Shown here piece by piece: positions 34,800 through 49,540 of a stretch of 64,000 nucleotides of DNA. The notes under the pieces were generated by a model. That model saw only the letters and a list, made by a program, of their open reading frames with translations. It was not told where the DNA came from and made no database searches. The stretch is taken from NCBI GenBank assembly GCA_002189035.1, contig NEEC01000002.1:4154001-4218000 (forward strand), read 5' to 3'. The position numbers and the translations under genes were made by a program. This DNA is from Utricularia gibba. Lineage: Eukaryota > Plantae > Magnoliophyta. Each line of letters opens with the position of its first letter. Position 1 is the stretch's first letter.

Positions 34800-36650
34800 G
34801 GGCATGAGTACAAGTTAGTTAACTCATCGCAAGTTGTGTGCTGATCCAACATAAGTTGATACGATCTCTAATCTCACCACCTCATGACGTAAAAGGAATA
34901 CGATCATTTTTGGGGCATGTGGGTTTCAATCATAGTTTTCATTAAGAATTTTTCAATTGTTTCTAAACCCTTGACTAAGTTGTTGAAACAGGATGTCAAG
35001 TTCGAATTATTAGATTAGTATAAGGAGGCTTTCAACATGTTGAAGGAAGGTGTGATACATTGGTGATACAAACTCCAGATTGGTATGAACCATTCCATAT
35101 TATGTGTGATGCTTCGAATTTTGTAGTGGGTGATTTGCTAGGTCAGGAGATCAATGAAATGAACCATATGATTAGTTATGCATAAAAAAACAATGGATGA
35201 AGCTCTGTGAAATTACATGATAATGGAAAAAGAATGTTGGTAGTTTTCTTTGCTCTAGACAAATTTAAGAGTTATTTAATTGGGAGTAAAATTACTTTTT
35301 ATACTGATGCAGCCATTATACATCTGATGTCTAAGCGGGATATGAAGCCAAGGTTACTTTGATTGGTGGTGCTATTGTAGGAGTTAGACGTGGAAATCAA
35401 AGACAAACCAATGAAATAGTACTATGTAGCCTGACCAGAATCGAGAATCCAAAAGATGGAGAGGAGATCGCTCATACTTTTTCTAACAAATTAATAAGTG
35501 AAGTCTCACTCTCAAGCAAAACCAAGGAAGATCAATGAAAGTTTAAAAAACCATGAGAAACTGAAGTTGAAAAACGACAACAAGTACTACACACGACATG
35601 ACCCATACTTATGGAAAAGTTACAGTGATGAAGTGGTACGTAGATTCCTACTTGACTATGAGATTAACTAGGTTATTGAATTTTGACTTCATCACTATGT
35701 GAAGGTCACCACGGACCAAACTTGACTGTGGGTATTATTGGATTTTGATTTTTCAAGATTGTTTTCATTTTATGTAGGGCTTGTGATGCTTTCCAATGAA
35801 TAGGTAACATTACCAACAAGAATGAAATGCCTTTACAGTCCATTTTTCGACTCAAATATTCAATGTTTGGGGAATGGATTTTATGGGTCCATTTCTGAAT
35901 TTGCATGGATATGAGTACATTCTAGTATGTGTAGGTTATTTTTCAGGTGGATAGAAGCAATTCCAATCCGTGCATAGGACACCAAGGTTGTGATGGATTT
36001 TCTAAAGAAAAGCATTTTGGAAGATTTGGTGTCTCAAAGGTGCTCATTGGTGATAGAATGTCACCTTCTTCAACAAGGCTTTGGAAAATTGCTCAAAAAG
36101 TATAAAGTGTGGTATAAGCCTTCAAATGCTTATCATCCTCAGCCTAATGGGGCAAGCAGAGGTATCAAATTGCAAAATTAAGCAAGTGTTTGAAAAAACT
36201 GTGAACTTGTCCAAGAAAAATTGGTGCCAGAAGCTGGATGAAGCACTTTGAGCAATTCGGAACGCTTACAAGACTTTGATTGGCACTCCTTTTAGGAATG
36301 TTTACGGTAAGAACTTATCTACTAATCAAGTTGGAGCACAAAACCAAATGGACAGTCTAGTAGCAATAATGTGAAGGAAAGTAGCGAGACTATGAAGTTT
36401 CAATTGCAGGAGTTGGAAGATTTGAGGCAAATTGCTTTCAACAACTCTTGCAGTTTCAAAGAATAGACAAAGGTCTACCATAAGAATTGCTTTCGCATGA
36501 AAGGATTTGAGCCATGGTAGAAGGTACTACTGTATCGTTCCTAGTTCAAATTCCATCCATGGAAGTCTAAATCGAAATGGGAATGACCATTTGTGGTGAA
36601 ATCCATGAACAGTAATGAGTCTATTGAATTATTTGATAAAGATCATGAGC
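34800..36650 (+). pseudogene. Athila pol remnant (RT end, RNase H, integrase), heavily decayed
   Basis: [52 protein letters not shown] motifs in shifting frames. Confidence 0.85.
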
Positions 36651-37779
36651 TTTCTAAAATGTGCATTTCAGGGCATTATGCCCTTTCTAAAATAAATGGT
36701 AATACCAAAAAAGTGTAAAAAAATGGTGGCCCGTCTTTTTTCAGCCTACAATATTTAAAGAAAAGCTCACTGTGCTTGTTCTTGATGAGTTAGGGTGTAG
36801 TCTCTTCTGTTCTTTTTTACACAATCTACCTTGATTCATTTCTTGGCATTGGATTGCGTTGCTTCTTCATCAAAAAACAAGTCTTAAGATTTCGTCGCTC
36901 CTTTAGATGTGCTCAACTACAATCATGCATGCATTAAAAAATATGCAGATTTATTGGAAGATGCGAGATGATTTTTTGTTCTGATATTTATGGGGTTGGA
37001 TTTTGCTGAGTTTTGCTAATTCAGCGTATTAACATGGATTTTGTGGTGGGAGATCTAAAGATAATTAGTTTCATTGAAGGGTTTTTGCACTTAGGGTTTC
37101 TATGAAAAGTTTCCAAATGAAATCTAGCCATTGAGATAAATTCGGATTTCATGTTAGTTGCCGGATGTTTATTAATTTTTTTAAACCTCACCCTATTTTT
37201 CTCCTCCATTTTCTGGTAAGTCAATGAATTCTGAAGATGAGAAACTTCATGACTTGGAATACGATAGTGATTATTATATGAAGAAAGGTATTGAATGGAA
37301 GTTTACGAAAAATAATGGGCGATGATTGATTTTGATTTGTTAATTCGACGGCTATTCTTGAAACACTCACATGCTTGCTTTATAGAGCATTGTTGTGTGC
37401 CTTAGTTGAAAAATTGGTTAGTCAGACCATGGTAGATTAGGTGAAAATATTTTCAAAAGCTTTTGAATCATCCAAGGTATTCATTGAAAGCATTTTGTCA
37501 TGGTATTCAAACAGATCACAATCTCCAATGCGCACCTCACATAGTTTGAAGAGATAAGGAGTATGCCTAGAAGTTGGGTATAGGTTTTGACTTTTCAGAA
37601 TTTGTTAAGTTACGTTCGTATGTGGCCTAATATAAGCAGTTGAATCTTGGATCAACTGATGTAATCTTCAAGTGTCATGATGGTGATTTTGTTGATCGAT
37701 TAATGTGCATAGGAGTGTACTTTTATCCAAAGTTACATTTTTATTCTTTTTGTTATATGGTAAAAGTATAGATTGACTT

Positions 37780-38460
37780 ACTTCAAAATGTGTTGTTCGC
37801 AACTTGCTGACATATAGGTTGCAAAGATGGCTTCATATAAAGTGAGAGGAAAGTGATTGGAGTTGATGGATTGCACATGTTGTCTAATGTGGAAGAGAAA
37901 TTGATAGTGGCAACCACATGTGACCCAAACAATGGAGTTTTCCCTTTAACATGGGGGGTAGTTAGAGGGGAGATAAACAAGTTTTGGAAGTGGCTCCACC
38001 GATTGTTTGTCAAAAATTATGGTATAACTAATGAGAACTCTTCAACAAGCATGGTTTTTTTGTCTTATATAGTGATAAGGGGATGCACTTGGTTTTTCAT
38101 AGCATATCTGTTTGTGGATTAAGGTTCATTATTGTGTGGCCCATTTGCTAAAAAACATGAGAACACATGTGAGGGTCGATCTACTTGATAGAGTTCAACA
38201 ATTAGTATTGAATGCAACCCAATCGGCAAAACAAGAAGAGTTCAAGGATGTAATGAGAAAGTTCAAGGGGATTTTCCCTAAGAGTCATGCTTATCTTTCA
38301 TTGATAAACCCCAAACATTGGGTGCTAGTATATTTTTAGAGGAGCAACAAATGTCTTCTACTTACAAATAATAATTCAGAATCTATAAACTCTACATTGA
38401 AAAAAGCACATGGCTTACCCTTCATCAAAATGTTGGAAAAGATCAATCATTAGTTTGCAA
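37780..38460 (+). pseudogene. MULE transposase DDE-domain remnant
   Basis: VIGVDGLHML...VATTCDPNNGVFPLTWGVVRGE...WKW and HYCVAHLLKN. Confidence 0.8.
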
Positions 38461-38467
38461 AGTAGTA

Positions 38468-39955
38468 TGTTGTCATTTTCTACATAATTATTATATATTA
38501 TTACATATTAATTTACGATTAAATCACCCAAATTAGGAGTTATATTAATAAGTATTTTATTTTATTATAAAAATCTAATTATTATTATTTGTATATATTT
38601 TTGTGTTATTTTTCATGTATTTTCACCCTAAATGGCAGGAAGCAATCTGGAATTTGGTATGACTTGTACACAACTTAGATCTATTATGAGCGGAAGACTA
38701 ATATTGTTTAGGTTTCATGTCTTATGACATTTCATAAGTATGCTGTAATATTGTTTAGCTGACTACATAAGCAAGACAGAAGAAATGATAGAAAGAGAGT
38801 AGAGGAAGTAAATGCAAGGGGAATTTTTTTTAGCTGACTACATAAGGAAAACTTGGAACACCTTAGATCGACCTTTTCCTTTTTGGAACAACCTTGGCTT
38901 TCTTCTTCCTCTCCAATGTGGGGAAGAAGACTTTTACTTTTCCACTTTCCATTTTTGTTTTCATGGCCATTCATGACTAAAATTTTTTAGTTTCTAGGAA
39001 AATATGAAGTTACCTTCAATATCTCGAGCACAAATCTCGTTTCTTCTCTGATTTTCTTCTAGATTTTGCATATTTCCATACATCATGTTGCAGTCTTTTT
39101 ATAACATATCTTAGTCATGGTCTATGAGTAGGTGGCCACTCCTTATGGATTTTGATGAAGAGCGTGATGAAGAACACCATCTACAACTCTATTCGTTTGA
39201 AGGAGAGTGAATTGTCTGTGATTGGGATACTTTGTTAATGGAGGGTAGTAACCTCGTACCTGCCATTGTTCATTGGCAACAGCTGAGTACATGTGTAGAA
39301 TTCGGTTTGGATGGTGATCGACATCAATCATTTTGTCCTCTTAATCATCCATGAGGGAATCACATTAGGCAATTCCTTCCTCCTATAACCTGTTATTTAG
39401 AAGGAACCAGTGAAAGTCGAGGTGAGGAGAGAAAAAGGAAAAAACAGAATCTCTTTCCTAGGAATTGCTTAGCTTAATCAAAGTGCATGATTTACATTAT
39501 ATTTTATATTCCAGTACTTGAAAATTCCTTTTATAAACCTATTCAATTTGAAAAAGTTTAGCATAAAACGCTATTCACAAAACACAACTCTCTGAAATCG
39601 ATACTTGTACTATGCTTTAATTGTGTTTTACAGTTTTATAATTAAAGTTTGTTGAGTAAATGACATGCAAAAATTTTTGGTGATGTTCCCAATAAGTTAA
39701 GTATTTTTGTGTTTGGTGTTGTGTATACTTTTTCTTTTTTTTCTTCTTTTTCTTTTGTTTCTATATTGTTGCTATTTTTCCCTTTTTATGCATTCAGTCC
39801 ACCAGAGAGGACTTTGAGCTACGACCCTATCTGTTCCAAGCACTTCTTAAGTTTTTTGCGAGGAACAATCATGACCCTAATCGTCATCTCCAAAAGTTGC
39901 ACATGACTTGTGCATCTATGCGCCCAAAAGGTACAATGAAGCACCAAGTCAAGTT
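38468..39955 (+). mobile_element. Family-B 5' LTR (38468-39672), degenerate PBS and gag N-terminal fragment
   Basis: Aligns with 8442-9916; followed by TTTTGGTGATGTTCCC (decayed Asp-type PBS) and DFELRPYLFQALLKF...DPNRHL...CASMRPKG. Confidence 0.75.
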
Positions 39956-42900
39956 GTGAGTATGAAGGCTTTCTCCATGAAAATTAATTTGGAAACTAAT
40001 CAAACAAACCACATTTCAATGCAAAGAATTGAATTTAGTAGTAGTAGATCCAAGTCGATCCATAGAGAGCAAACAGTTTTTAGTTGTTGGTTCTATGTGT
40101 AAGCTCTATTAAATAATGGGTTTGTTTGATGTAGGTTTCTGCTCTAAGAAAAATCAATAAAAGGATTCTACTAGTTCCTAAACTAAAAGAGAATAATAGA
40201 GTATATTAGTTGGCATTTCAAGTTGCAAACAATGATCATTGCACTTGATAAAAATTAAATTGTGTGTGAACGAACTAAAATTCTTAGGGGATTAAGCGTG
40301 CATGCGAAAATAGTTACAAATGATGAAACCATTCGAACAAGTTCAACATTAAAAACACTGAACAGAAATAGCATGCATGTTCAAGAAATAAGATTCGGGT
40401 GAAAAGTAGAGTGTTTGTTTGAGTCTCCATGTCTAGTGTTCTCTTTATGTTTTTCTTCTCAAAATGCAGATTCTATCCTTGTTTTTTGTTCACGTCTGAA
40501 CTCCACTTCTAGACATTGGAGATTAATCCCAGTGTCATGTTGGAATGCCTTTTCTTTTGGCTTTTCTTATGTCCTTGCCTTTTAGTCTCTCTAATTATCT
40601 CACTAGTGACTAATAGGCAAATGCAAGATGGCCTAGGTCTAGTCCAAGAGTGGTTCTAGTGACCTAACGAACGTAGGTACTCTATGCAGTCCAGGGTTTA
40701 CACTCAAGATGACTGCAATAATTTTTTTTAGAAGGTAAATATAAAGTTAAGATCGAAACGGATCTAGGCCTCACATATGACTAGTGTGTGCCAGCTATCT
40801 TACTAGACACTAGAATATTCCTAAGTGTTCCACCAAACCTTCTACTGACTTACTCATAAGTTGACATAGTCACAATTACTCAAAAGTAAGTAAAATATCA
40901 TATAAAGTTCACTAATTGAAGCAAAAAAGAAAAAAAATAAAGTGCCCAAAAAGCTTCATCAATTGAAAAAATTCAAAGGTTGGATTTGGTTACCTCCTCA
41001 AGTCACTTCTGATTTAAAATTGCAATTTGCTTTTCCAACAATGCCTCCACTTCAACTTCCTCCTTCATGTAATGTGAGAAGGAACTCCTTTTCTTTCATA
41101 ATAAATAGATTCACATCCCATGACTGCCCTCATTTGACTTGGAATCAGCATGCGATGGTGTTGACAAAATAATGCGTGAGAATTGCATGAAAAGCAAAAA
41201 GAAAAGCACATAAAAGAAAACATAGCTAAATCTGGGTGACTTCCAATAGTGTCCTCTATAACTAACTAAACAGTTTCGGCCATAGGAGAGAGAATCACTC
41301 CCTTTCTTCCCAATAAATCTTCATCCTTTGAACATTCACAATAAAGTAGTTTGCATAAGGATTTCTGTCAAATAATTCAACTAAACCATTACTCTTTACA
41401 GATTTCAACATGAATGGACCTTCCAATTTTGACTTCAACTTCCCCATATGGAGTTAGAACTTGGAATGATACAATAGTACTTCTGACTCATCCTTTCTTC
41501 TGAATTCTGTTGTCATGGAGGAGGTTTGTTTGTTCCTTGAAATTCATGAGTTACCGTAAGACATCTACCTTAATTCCTCCAATTCCTACAATTTAAACTT
41601 CTTGATTTTTCTGTTTCCAGTCACATCATCGCTCATCAATTGGATTGTCCATTGGGTCTTGTGCTCCAACTCAACTAATAGATGACAATTCTTCCCATAA
41701 ATTACCTTGAAGAGGCTCATACCAATCAATGTTTTGTAAGCAATACAAATTGCCCAAAGTACATCATCGAACTTTTAACTCCAATCTTTCCTAGACAAGT
41801 TGATAGTCTTCTTCAACATTTGGTCAATCTTATGATAGTATAACTCTGCTTGCCCGTTGGTCTGAGAGTGATAAGTATTTGAGGGCTTATTAGCATACTC
41901 TATACTTCTTGAGCAATTTTTTCAGAGCCTTGTTAAAGAAGTGTGATCCTGTGCCACTAATGAGTACTTTTTAAACACCCAATCGAGCAAATATGTTTTT
42001 CTTCAAGAAATCCATCACGACTTTTGTGTCCTATGCATGGTTTAGATTTGCTTCAATCCATCTAGAAAGATAATCCACACATAGTAGATATACTCATATT
42101 CATGTGAATTAGGAAATGTCCCAATAATATCAATTCCATGCATCAAATATTTCAGTCACAAAAATAGGTTGCAATTTGAGGCATTACACATAACATGAAG
42201 TGATTCTCTTTAGTATGGGGCTTAGATCAAAGGTGCTGTCATTACTCCTTCCTTCAACTTGTTGAAAGCATCCTTGCAATAATCTAAAAACTCAAACTTC
42301 ACACCTTGTTTCAAGAACCATCAAGAGTTTAATGACAGTTGAGAAATCCTTGATAAACTTGCAATAAAAACCTACATGGCCCAAAAATAATTGTATTGCT
42401 GTTATATCCTACAGTGAGGTAAGATTAGTGATTGTACCAACTTTCACAGGATCAACACGTAAACCATAACTAGAAACAACATGTCCCAATACTATCCCTT
42501 GACTAACCATGAAATGATATTTTCAAAATTAAGCACTAAATCTTTCTCAATATATCTACATAAACCTTTCTTCAAATTTTCCAAGCATTCATCAAACTTT
42601 GATCCATGTAATGTAAAATCATCCATGAAAACCTCCATGCTTTTATCAATAAAATAAAAAAAATACTCATTACGCACCTTTGAAATGTCGCAAGAGTATT
42701 ACATAAGCCAAAGGGTATTCTCCTATAACTAAACGTACTGAATGGATAGGTAAATGTTGTGTTCTTTTGATGCTCGAGTAAAACTGCCACATGATTGTAA
42801 CCCGAATATCCATCAGGAAAACAGTAATATCCCTTACCACTAAGTTTGTCAAGCGTTTGATCAGTAAAGGGGAGAGGGTGGTGTTCATTTTTAGTGACAT

Positions 42901-45608
42901 CATTCATTTTCTGGTAATCAATACACACTCTCCATCGGTTTTGAACTCGCACAATGAATCATTTCAACTATTTCTTTTGATTCAACCAAGTTTTTCTTTT
43001 GGTCTGTTTCTTGAACTAGTTCATTACTAAACTGACTAAGGTTGAATCACTTCTCTTTCGGGCAATTTGTTCTTGCATCTCAACTCTATTACTGAAATAT
43101 TCAACTTGATTTTAAGGTTCTTGTTGGCTCCATGAGTTGACTCTTTCTCTTTTTCGCTTTTCTCTCTATCATTGCAGGTTTCCTTTAGCATACTCTTCAC
43201 CATTTCTTCCAAAGGTAATCCTTGTTTACCCTAATTATTCCTTTGGTGAGGGGGCTGATATGGTCATTGATGCAACTGTTTGTACTAAAGATTCCCGTAA
43301 GTATGTCCCTCTGGTTGAGCTTGCTGCATAGATTGATGTTGTGTGTCTTGCTGTGGCTGATTCTACTACAGTAGATGTTGATTTAGTGGATCACCACTCC
43401 TCCATCTCAAATTGAGGTGCTTCAGAGCATAGTGCCAAGGTTGATGCCATACTTCTTGATTTTTTGCATATACCATAGCATTCACTCTCACATTTCTTTC
43501 ATTCAATGGGCATGTTTATGTTATGTCTTGGGACAGAACATACCTCTCACAGAATTAGCTGAGACTGAGCTATGCATACTCTCAATTCCTTGGTGCATCT
43601 CTCCGTAGTGTAACAATACCGAGAATGTTCCACCATCTCTTGTATTTTGGCCCAGGCCTGGATAGGGGTGAGTGTCCTGACATTCTCTCTAGTAATAGCA
43701 TCTAAGCAAATTCTCAATGGTGGTAATAATCCTTCTAGAAAAAAATTCAACCAAGGTATGCCTTTCATACCCGTGATTCGGACAACTTGCAAGCAATATA
43801 TTGAATTTTTCCAAATATTCATGGAGTAGGTCTCCCATAAATTGATGAATATACACGATTCTTCTCCTCAACTCTTCAACCTTGGAAAATGGAAAATACT
43901 TATTTAAAAATGGCTATTTAATTTCAGTCAAGCTCTCTATGCTCCCCTATTCCAAGGTGTGTAACCACTCCTTTGCACCTTCTTCAAGTGTAAACTAAAA
44001 AACCCTTAAAAGCATGTTGTCTTCTATCACTTCCTTTGGTTTAACACCAACACTGACTGAAATACAACTGTCCAAGTGTTGATGTGCATCATCTTTCCTA
44101 GTTCCATACAACTTCGCAAAAGGTTGATTATCCCTAGTCTGAGAACAAATTCAATGGCTTCTTCTGGAAAAGTTATGCAGATTCTACAACATGAATAATC
44201 ATGACAATCATATTGCTACATAGTTTTCTCTCCTCCCTTGCATCCATGATTAATTTTTGTGTAGCAGCTCCTCTATTGACCTTTTCGTTTGCCTGATGCT
44301 GCTTCTCTTTTGCACATTTCTTTTGCTCCTTTGCAATTCTCTCAGTCTCCAAATCAAGCAGAAGAAGAGTTTAACTTGTAGAAGAATGCAAACACATTAA
44401 GAACAACAACTAAAAAACACCTAGCCCTTTGGAAACAGGACCATCTTATGGATGGAAAATTCTATAGCTATCGCAAGTATAAAGCTTTCCCCATCAAAAT
44501 TAATTTGTAAACTGAACAAACAAACTACATTTCATTCGTAAAGAAATAGATGTACTTGTAGTAAGTAGAGGTCAATCCACAGAAAGCAAACATTTTTTAG
44601 TCATTGATCATATGCATATGATGGATTAAATAAGGGTTTGGTCCTATGGGTAAGCTAGATAAAATAGAGGGTTTGTCTAAAATTGATAAAAGACTTCTAT
44701 TGATTTCTAAACTAAAAGCAAATAACAGAGCATGTTAATCGGCATTTCAAGCCATAAAAAATTGTCATTGCACTTAATCCAAAATTAAATTGTGGGTGAA
44801 CGGACTAAAATTCATAGGTTATTAAGCGTGGATGTGAAAACAGTTATGAAATTGATTTGACCAACACATTAAACATTAAAACAAGAAATAGACATATTGT
44901 GGACATTCCGGAAATAAGATACAAGAAACAAGGTTTGGGAGAAAAGTGGGATATTTGTTAGATTCTCTAGTTCTGGTGTTCTCTTTATATTCTTCTTTTC
45001 AAATTGCAGGTTCTAAAGCCTCCTTGTTATTTGTTCATATCTCAACTACACTTCTGGATGTTGGAGATTAGTTCCAATGCCATGCTAGAATGCCTCTTCC
45101 TTCGTCTTTTGTTCAACTTCAAACGCAAAAGCACTTTCTGGAGAGAAAATCTTTCTAAAACAGAAGATTCCTGCCCAAAACAGAAGATATCGTCGGGCCA
45201 ATAAAAAATCTCTCAAGGCAGCAGATCTTTTCTTCTATTTGTTCACACCAGTCTTGCATGTCATCCGCACTTAGTTATGTCTATTGCGAGATTCCTGCCT
45301 TCTTTGTAGTTAGCTTTCTTTATCCTTCCTCCACACTCAAACCTATAATTCCTATTTTACTCATGTACTCATAATAACTTTGTCGATTGGTCAGATTATG
45401 TGGCTCAACCCAAATGGACTTGGCGTATATGGAGATGAATGAATAATAAAACCAACTTGCACTTAGACTAAGGGGAAAATGGCCCAAATCACATCTTTAC
45501 AAAAAATAATTTGACTCATGTTTTGCATTATCCTTATTCAAATTCATATAATCCTAATATGCTAACAATGAAATTGACTCAAATATGTTGAAAATTGAAA
45601 CAACATCA
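39955..45608 (-). mobile_element. Old Athila element with two family-C LTRs (5' LTR 44446-45608; truncated 3' LTR about 39955-40610)
   Basis: Direct repeat 39960-40600 vs 44460-45120; decayed PBS 44425-44443; internal gag (about 43500-44200), RT RVQNRWRVCIDY...LDGY-like (42572-42952) and integrase (about 41600-42200). Confidence 0.8.
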
Positions 45609-45850
45609 TATGCATCCTTCTTACTTCAAGGCCAATTATGTAGTGATGTATGATAACAATACTTATCGATTACTAGTTGCCAAGTATTGCCTTTTAGATG
45701 ATCAACTACCATTGTTGCCACCACCTTGAAAGCAGAGGATGCCATGATGTCGAGCTAAAAGCATGCTTTCTTGATGAGAAGTGTATTTTGCAATGGTTGT
45801 GGTTAAAAAGGGCATAATTGTAGGAAATGTCCCAACAAAAAAGTAGATGA
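45609..45850 (+). pseudogene. MULE transposase C-terminal remnant with CCHC knuckle, probable continuation of 37780-38460
   Basis: LPLLPPP*KQR and VFCNGCG*KGHNCRKCP on the same strand as the upstream DDE remnant. Confidence 0.6.
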
Positions 45851-47284
45851 TAATACTAATGATATTGAGGACTAAACTTGTGACTCATCGTCAAAAGAAA
45901 TAAATTTGACAAACGATTTTATAGAGGAGTCATGCAACCATGATCACTCATAAAATGATGGATCTTGTCAGCAACAAGGAAACAACAAGAATCGACATGA
46001 CACTGAAAACAAGAAAGATGTGTAGGTGGAACAAGGCAAGATGTCAAAATTTAAGAGTATATGGTCATTGGTGAGATGATGTTATATGCCCTATCATAGA
46101 GTAAGTAAAGAGAAATATTTTTTTTAGCAAACAATGATATCTATCTCACACTTTCTTTAGTCAATACAAACTTTACAATTGTATCTTAATCATAATCATA
46201 ATTGTCAATATACTCATGCAAATATAATATTATTGAACAAATCAAACAATATTTAATTACATAAAAGAGCACAACATCATACTCTCATTTTATGAACAGT
46301 TTTTGAAAAATTTAAATTTCTAAATCAATTTTTTTATCTTATTTTTCATTCAATATACGAGTTTTGATATAAATGTTGTGACCTTCATAAACAATATAAT
46401 TTTCAAAAAAACAAAACTTGGGTCAATGTAGAACAAAACAAGCAAAAAAGGATAATGTTCAACCATAATAGCTCCATCTACAAGAATGTTAGGGCCAAAT
46501 CACATAAATAAAAATGTGAATTGGGTCAGAATAGTTCTAAATAAAATTTATTAATTAAAAAAAATTACAAACAAATAATTGTTGACTCAAAAGTGTAGCT
46601 CACATAGGTCAATATAACTGGACTAGCAAAATATTAGGTCATACAAATTATAATGGCACAAAATGCATGGATCACAACTAACAAACTAAATAAACATTGG
46701 GGTCACAACTGTTATCACACCGTTTATTTTCTTTCTACACATAAGTAAGCCACTCATGGATTATATGCATTCCAAAGAATGTAGATCTACAAAACCTAGG
46801 TATTCCTTTATATTGTTTTTTCCTCTAGTGGGTGACACAAAGAATGTAGATCTTATTGTTTCCTCCAAGTCCTTGTCGAAAGTTTGTACTCTTCCTATGT
46901 TTTTTACAACGAGTGGTTGGAAAATCGAGTTTTTAAATCTCATTTCTTTGAGTCACTCTCTCAAAAACTCGATTTCTTGCTCTTTTTGCTAGGATTTTTT
47001 CTTTTATTTTTGTAGTCAAATCATGCTAGTCTACCTTTCATCATGACAACTAGAGTTAAATGTACTATCACTATCCACTTTTCAGTTGCAATATATTTTT
47101 TTCTTATTTTCTAATCATTATTTAGAAAATACCTCATGGAAAATGATTAAATAATCTTATTCAGCTTGAATGGGGTTGCTTGCTTGGATCCAATTTCAAA
47201 TACAATTCCAACCCTTATCCGACTCTTTTGAAATTGCATTATATATTCATTATTATAATCATTATTGCAATTACTTGAGATCAT

Positions 47285-47567
47285 ATCTCAAGTAATTGCA
47301 TCAAAGCCTAACAGTAAGTCCTGGGCCCAGGGTAATGACACTTGAATTGTTTGAATAGGCCATTAAGTATTAGTGCTTGAATGCAATTATAAGTTCGATA
47401 CATCAGAGAGACACACACCCATGTTCTGGTATCGAATGAGATATACGTATGATGAAGGTTGTTCATTGCATGGTGGTTGTTCATGGAAAGGCTCAATTAG
47501 TTCACCTGATTATTCTTACATCTTGGGGATCATGATATGTTGCTAGACATCACTCATGATCGATAAT
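47285..47567 (+). repeat. About 280-bp fragment of the Angela-like LTR
   Basis: Direct repeat of 52925-53210 (for example AGGGTAATGACAC and CAATTATAAGTTCGA shared). Confidence 0.75.
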
Positions 47568-47619
47568 CGTGTTTTACAAGTAGCACACAATAGCACACAT
47601 CCCTCAATGAATGTCTTTT

Positions 47620-49540
47620 TTCTTTTGACCAAGTCCGACTTGAGGTTCATCTCTTAATCTTATCCTATTTTTGAAAGGTCTACCGATATTTTTCCTTGCT
47701 GATGGTGATTCTAGAGAGGGTTTATCAACACGAGGCCAATATTCAAACAAACGTATGCCAATAATAAAACCCTATTAAGTAGCATGATAAGTTCTCCAAT
47801 GTAGTATTGATCTATCCACCTATAGGGATCCTCCCTGGAGGCCCATAGCGCACTAATAGCATGTATACAAGGGATTCCAGCAAGTTTCCATTTTTTACAT
47901 GAGCATGATTCCAATGCTCAATGAATGCAAACTTGCTCAAGAGTCATCCTTACAGTAACTTGTCAAATAAGTTCATCGCTAGGCTTTGGTTTATAATGAT
48001 TCACATTTTCAACAGAATTATCAAACAACTTACAAATATGAGGACAAATAGTTGTTGTCTATTTCTCTTCCATTTATTGGCAATTAGATAGCCTAACCAT
48101 CACAAGTTCTCAAATCAAGTCAAGTAGCTAAATAATTGGTTTGTCTCTCCCTTCGAAAATTAAAGAATTAAAACTTTCTCACACATTATTCGGTAGTGCA
48201 TCACATTTGATGTCCGTATTAAAGAACGCACGACACCAACATTTAGTTAGTTTGTCATCTAGCCACTTGTAAGCATCAGAGTCAAGAGCTTTCGATTCTT
48301 GCATTGTGATGTCAAAATTTTTCAGGAGTGGCTGCTCTAGTTGCTTTCCACAATGTTGTCTTCAATAAAGGTGAACTATATCCAGCATGCTTCATATTTG
48401 TATACAAATGTCTAACATAGAATTGATTTATAGCTTCAGGTAAAATAATATCAAAAGTTGGAAACAATCCCTTGTCTTTATTAGATACAAAACAATATTT
48501 GCATATATTTATCGCATCGATTTCCAAGTCACTCTGCAACAAAATTAGAAATCATAGCCAACTTTCTTCATTCTCCCTTTTTGCAACTGCTCATACAATG
48601 GGGAAAATATTATTATTTGGATCGAATCCTACACCCACAAGAACTTGTCCTAGAAATGAACCCTTTAAGAAACATCCATCGACACCAATAATAGGTCAAC
48701 ATGCTCTTAGAAAACCTTTCGAACATGCCTGAAAGAACAACTACACCCGCTGAAATTTTTTGCAAATTCCAAAACTTGGTAGAACATGAAATACACATTG
48801 TGTTTCTAGGTTGGATTTTTTAACCTCAGCTACATAATTATACAACTTCTTAAACTCATCAATGTGGTAACCATTGATGATTTTCATTGCCAATGCTTGT
48901 GCTCTATAAGCTCGCATCATGGAGATATAGACATTTCGTTTTTTTGAAATCATATCCTTGAAGAGCCATGATGTGAGTTTTCTATTTTACTGAAACTTCT
49001 TCAAATATGTTTTACCAAGCCATGTAGAAGTAATTTCCATATTTCGATGTTGATATCCACATTCATCATGATGTTTATCTTGAAATTCTCTCAATGTCAA
49101 TGAACCATTATTACGATACTTATTGATGTGAATCACCCATGGACAACATTCTTGTATACACTTTGCTTCTATATGCAAGGCTCACTTTTTGTAAACCTAA
49201 CATTCTTCCCTTGACGATAGCAATGTTGTTTAATAGCATCTCTTGCTTCATCTCTAGACTGAAACTTCATGCTCAAAATTAATTCAGGTATCTTCTTACA
49301 AGTTTTGGGATTGAAGAAAGAGCCCTTGTTAAATTTCGCTACATCTTTTGAGCAAGTCACGTCACTATCAATATCATCATCGCTTAAGATGCAACTAACA
49401 TCATTTGCATCATTTACAAACTCGGAATCTACAACATCCACACCAATGCTAACTAAATTGCTTGCTTTCTTTGAGCATTCATCATAATCAATGTCAATGT
49501 TGGCATCATCTTCTGTTTCATAATCTGAATCAATCAAACT
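47620..49540 (-). pseudogene. MuDRA-like Mutator transposase, near-complete domain set, disrupted
   Basis: MuDR domain (LSMKFQSRDEARDAIKQH...CPWVIH), DDE (IIGVDGCFLKG...GFDPNNNIFP, SNKDKGL, VRHLYTN, NNVCESFN) and SWIM (CSCKKWKLAGIPCIHAI). Confidence 0.92.
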
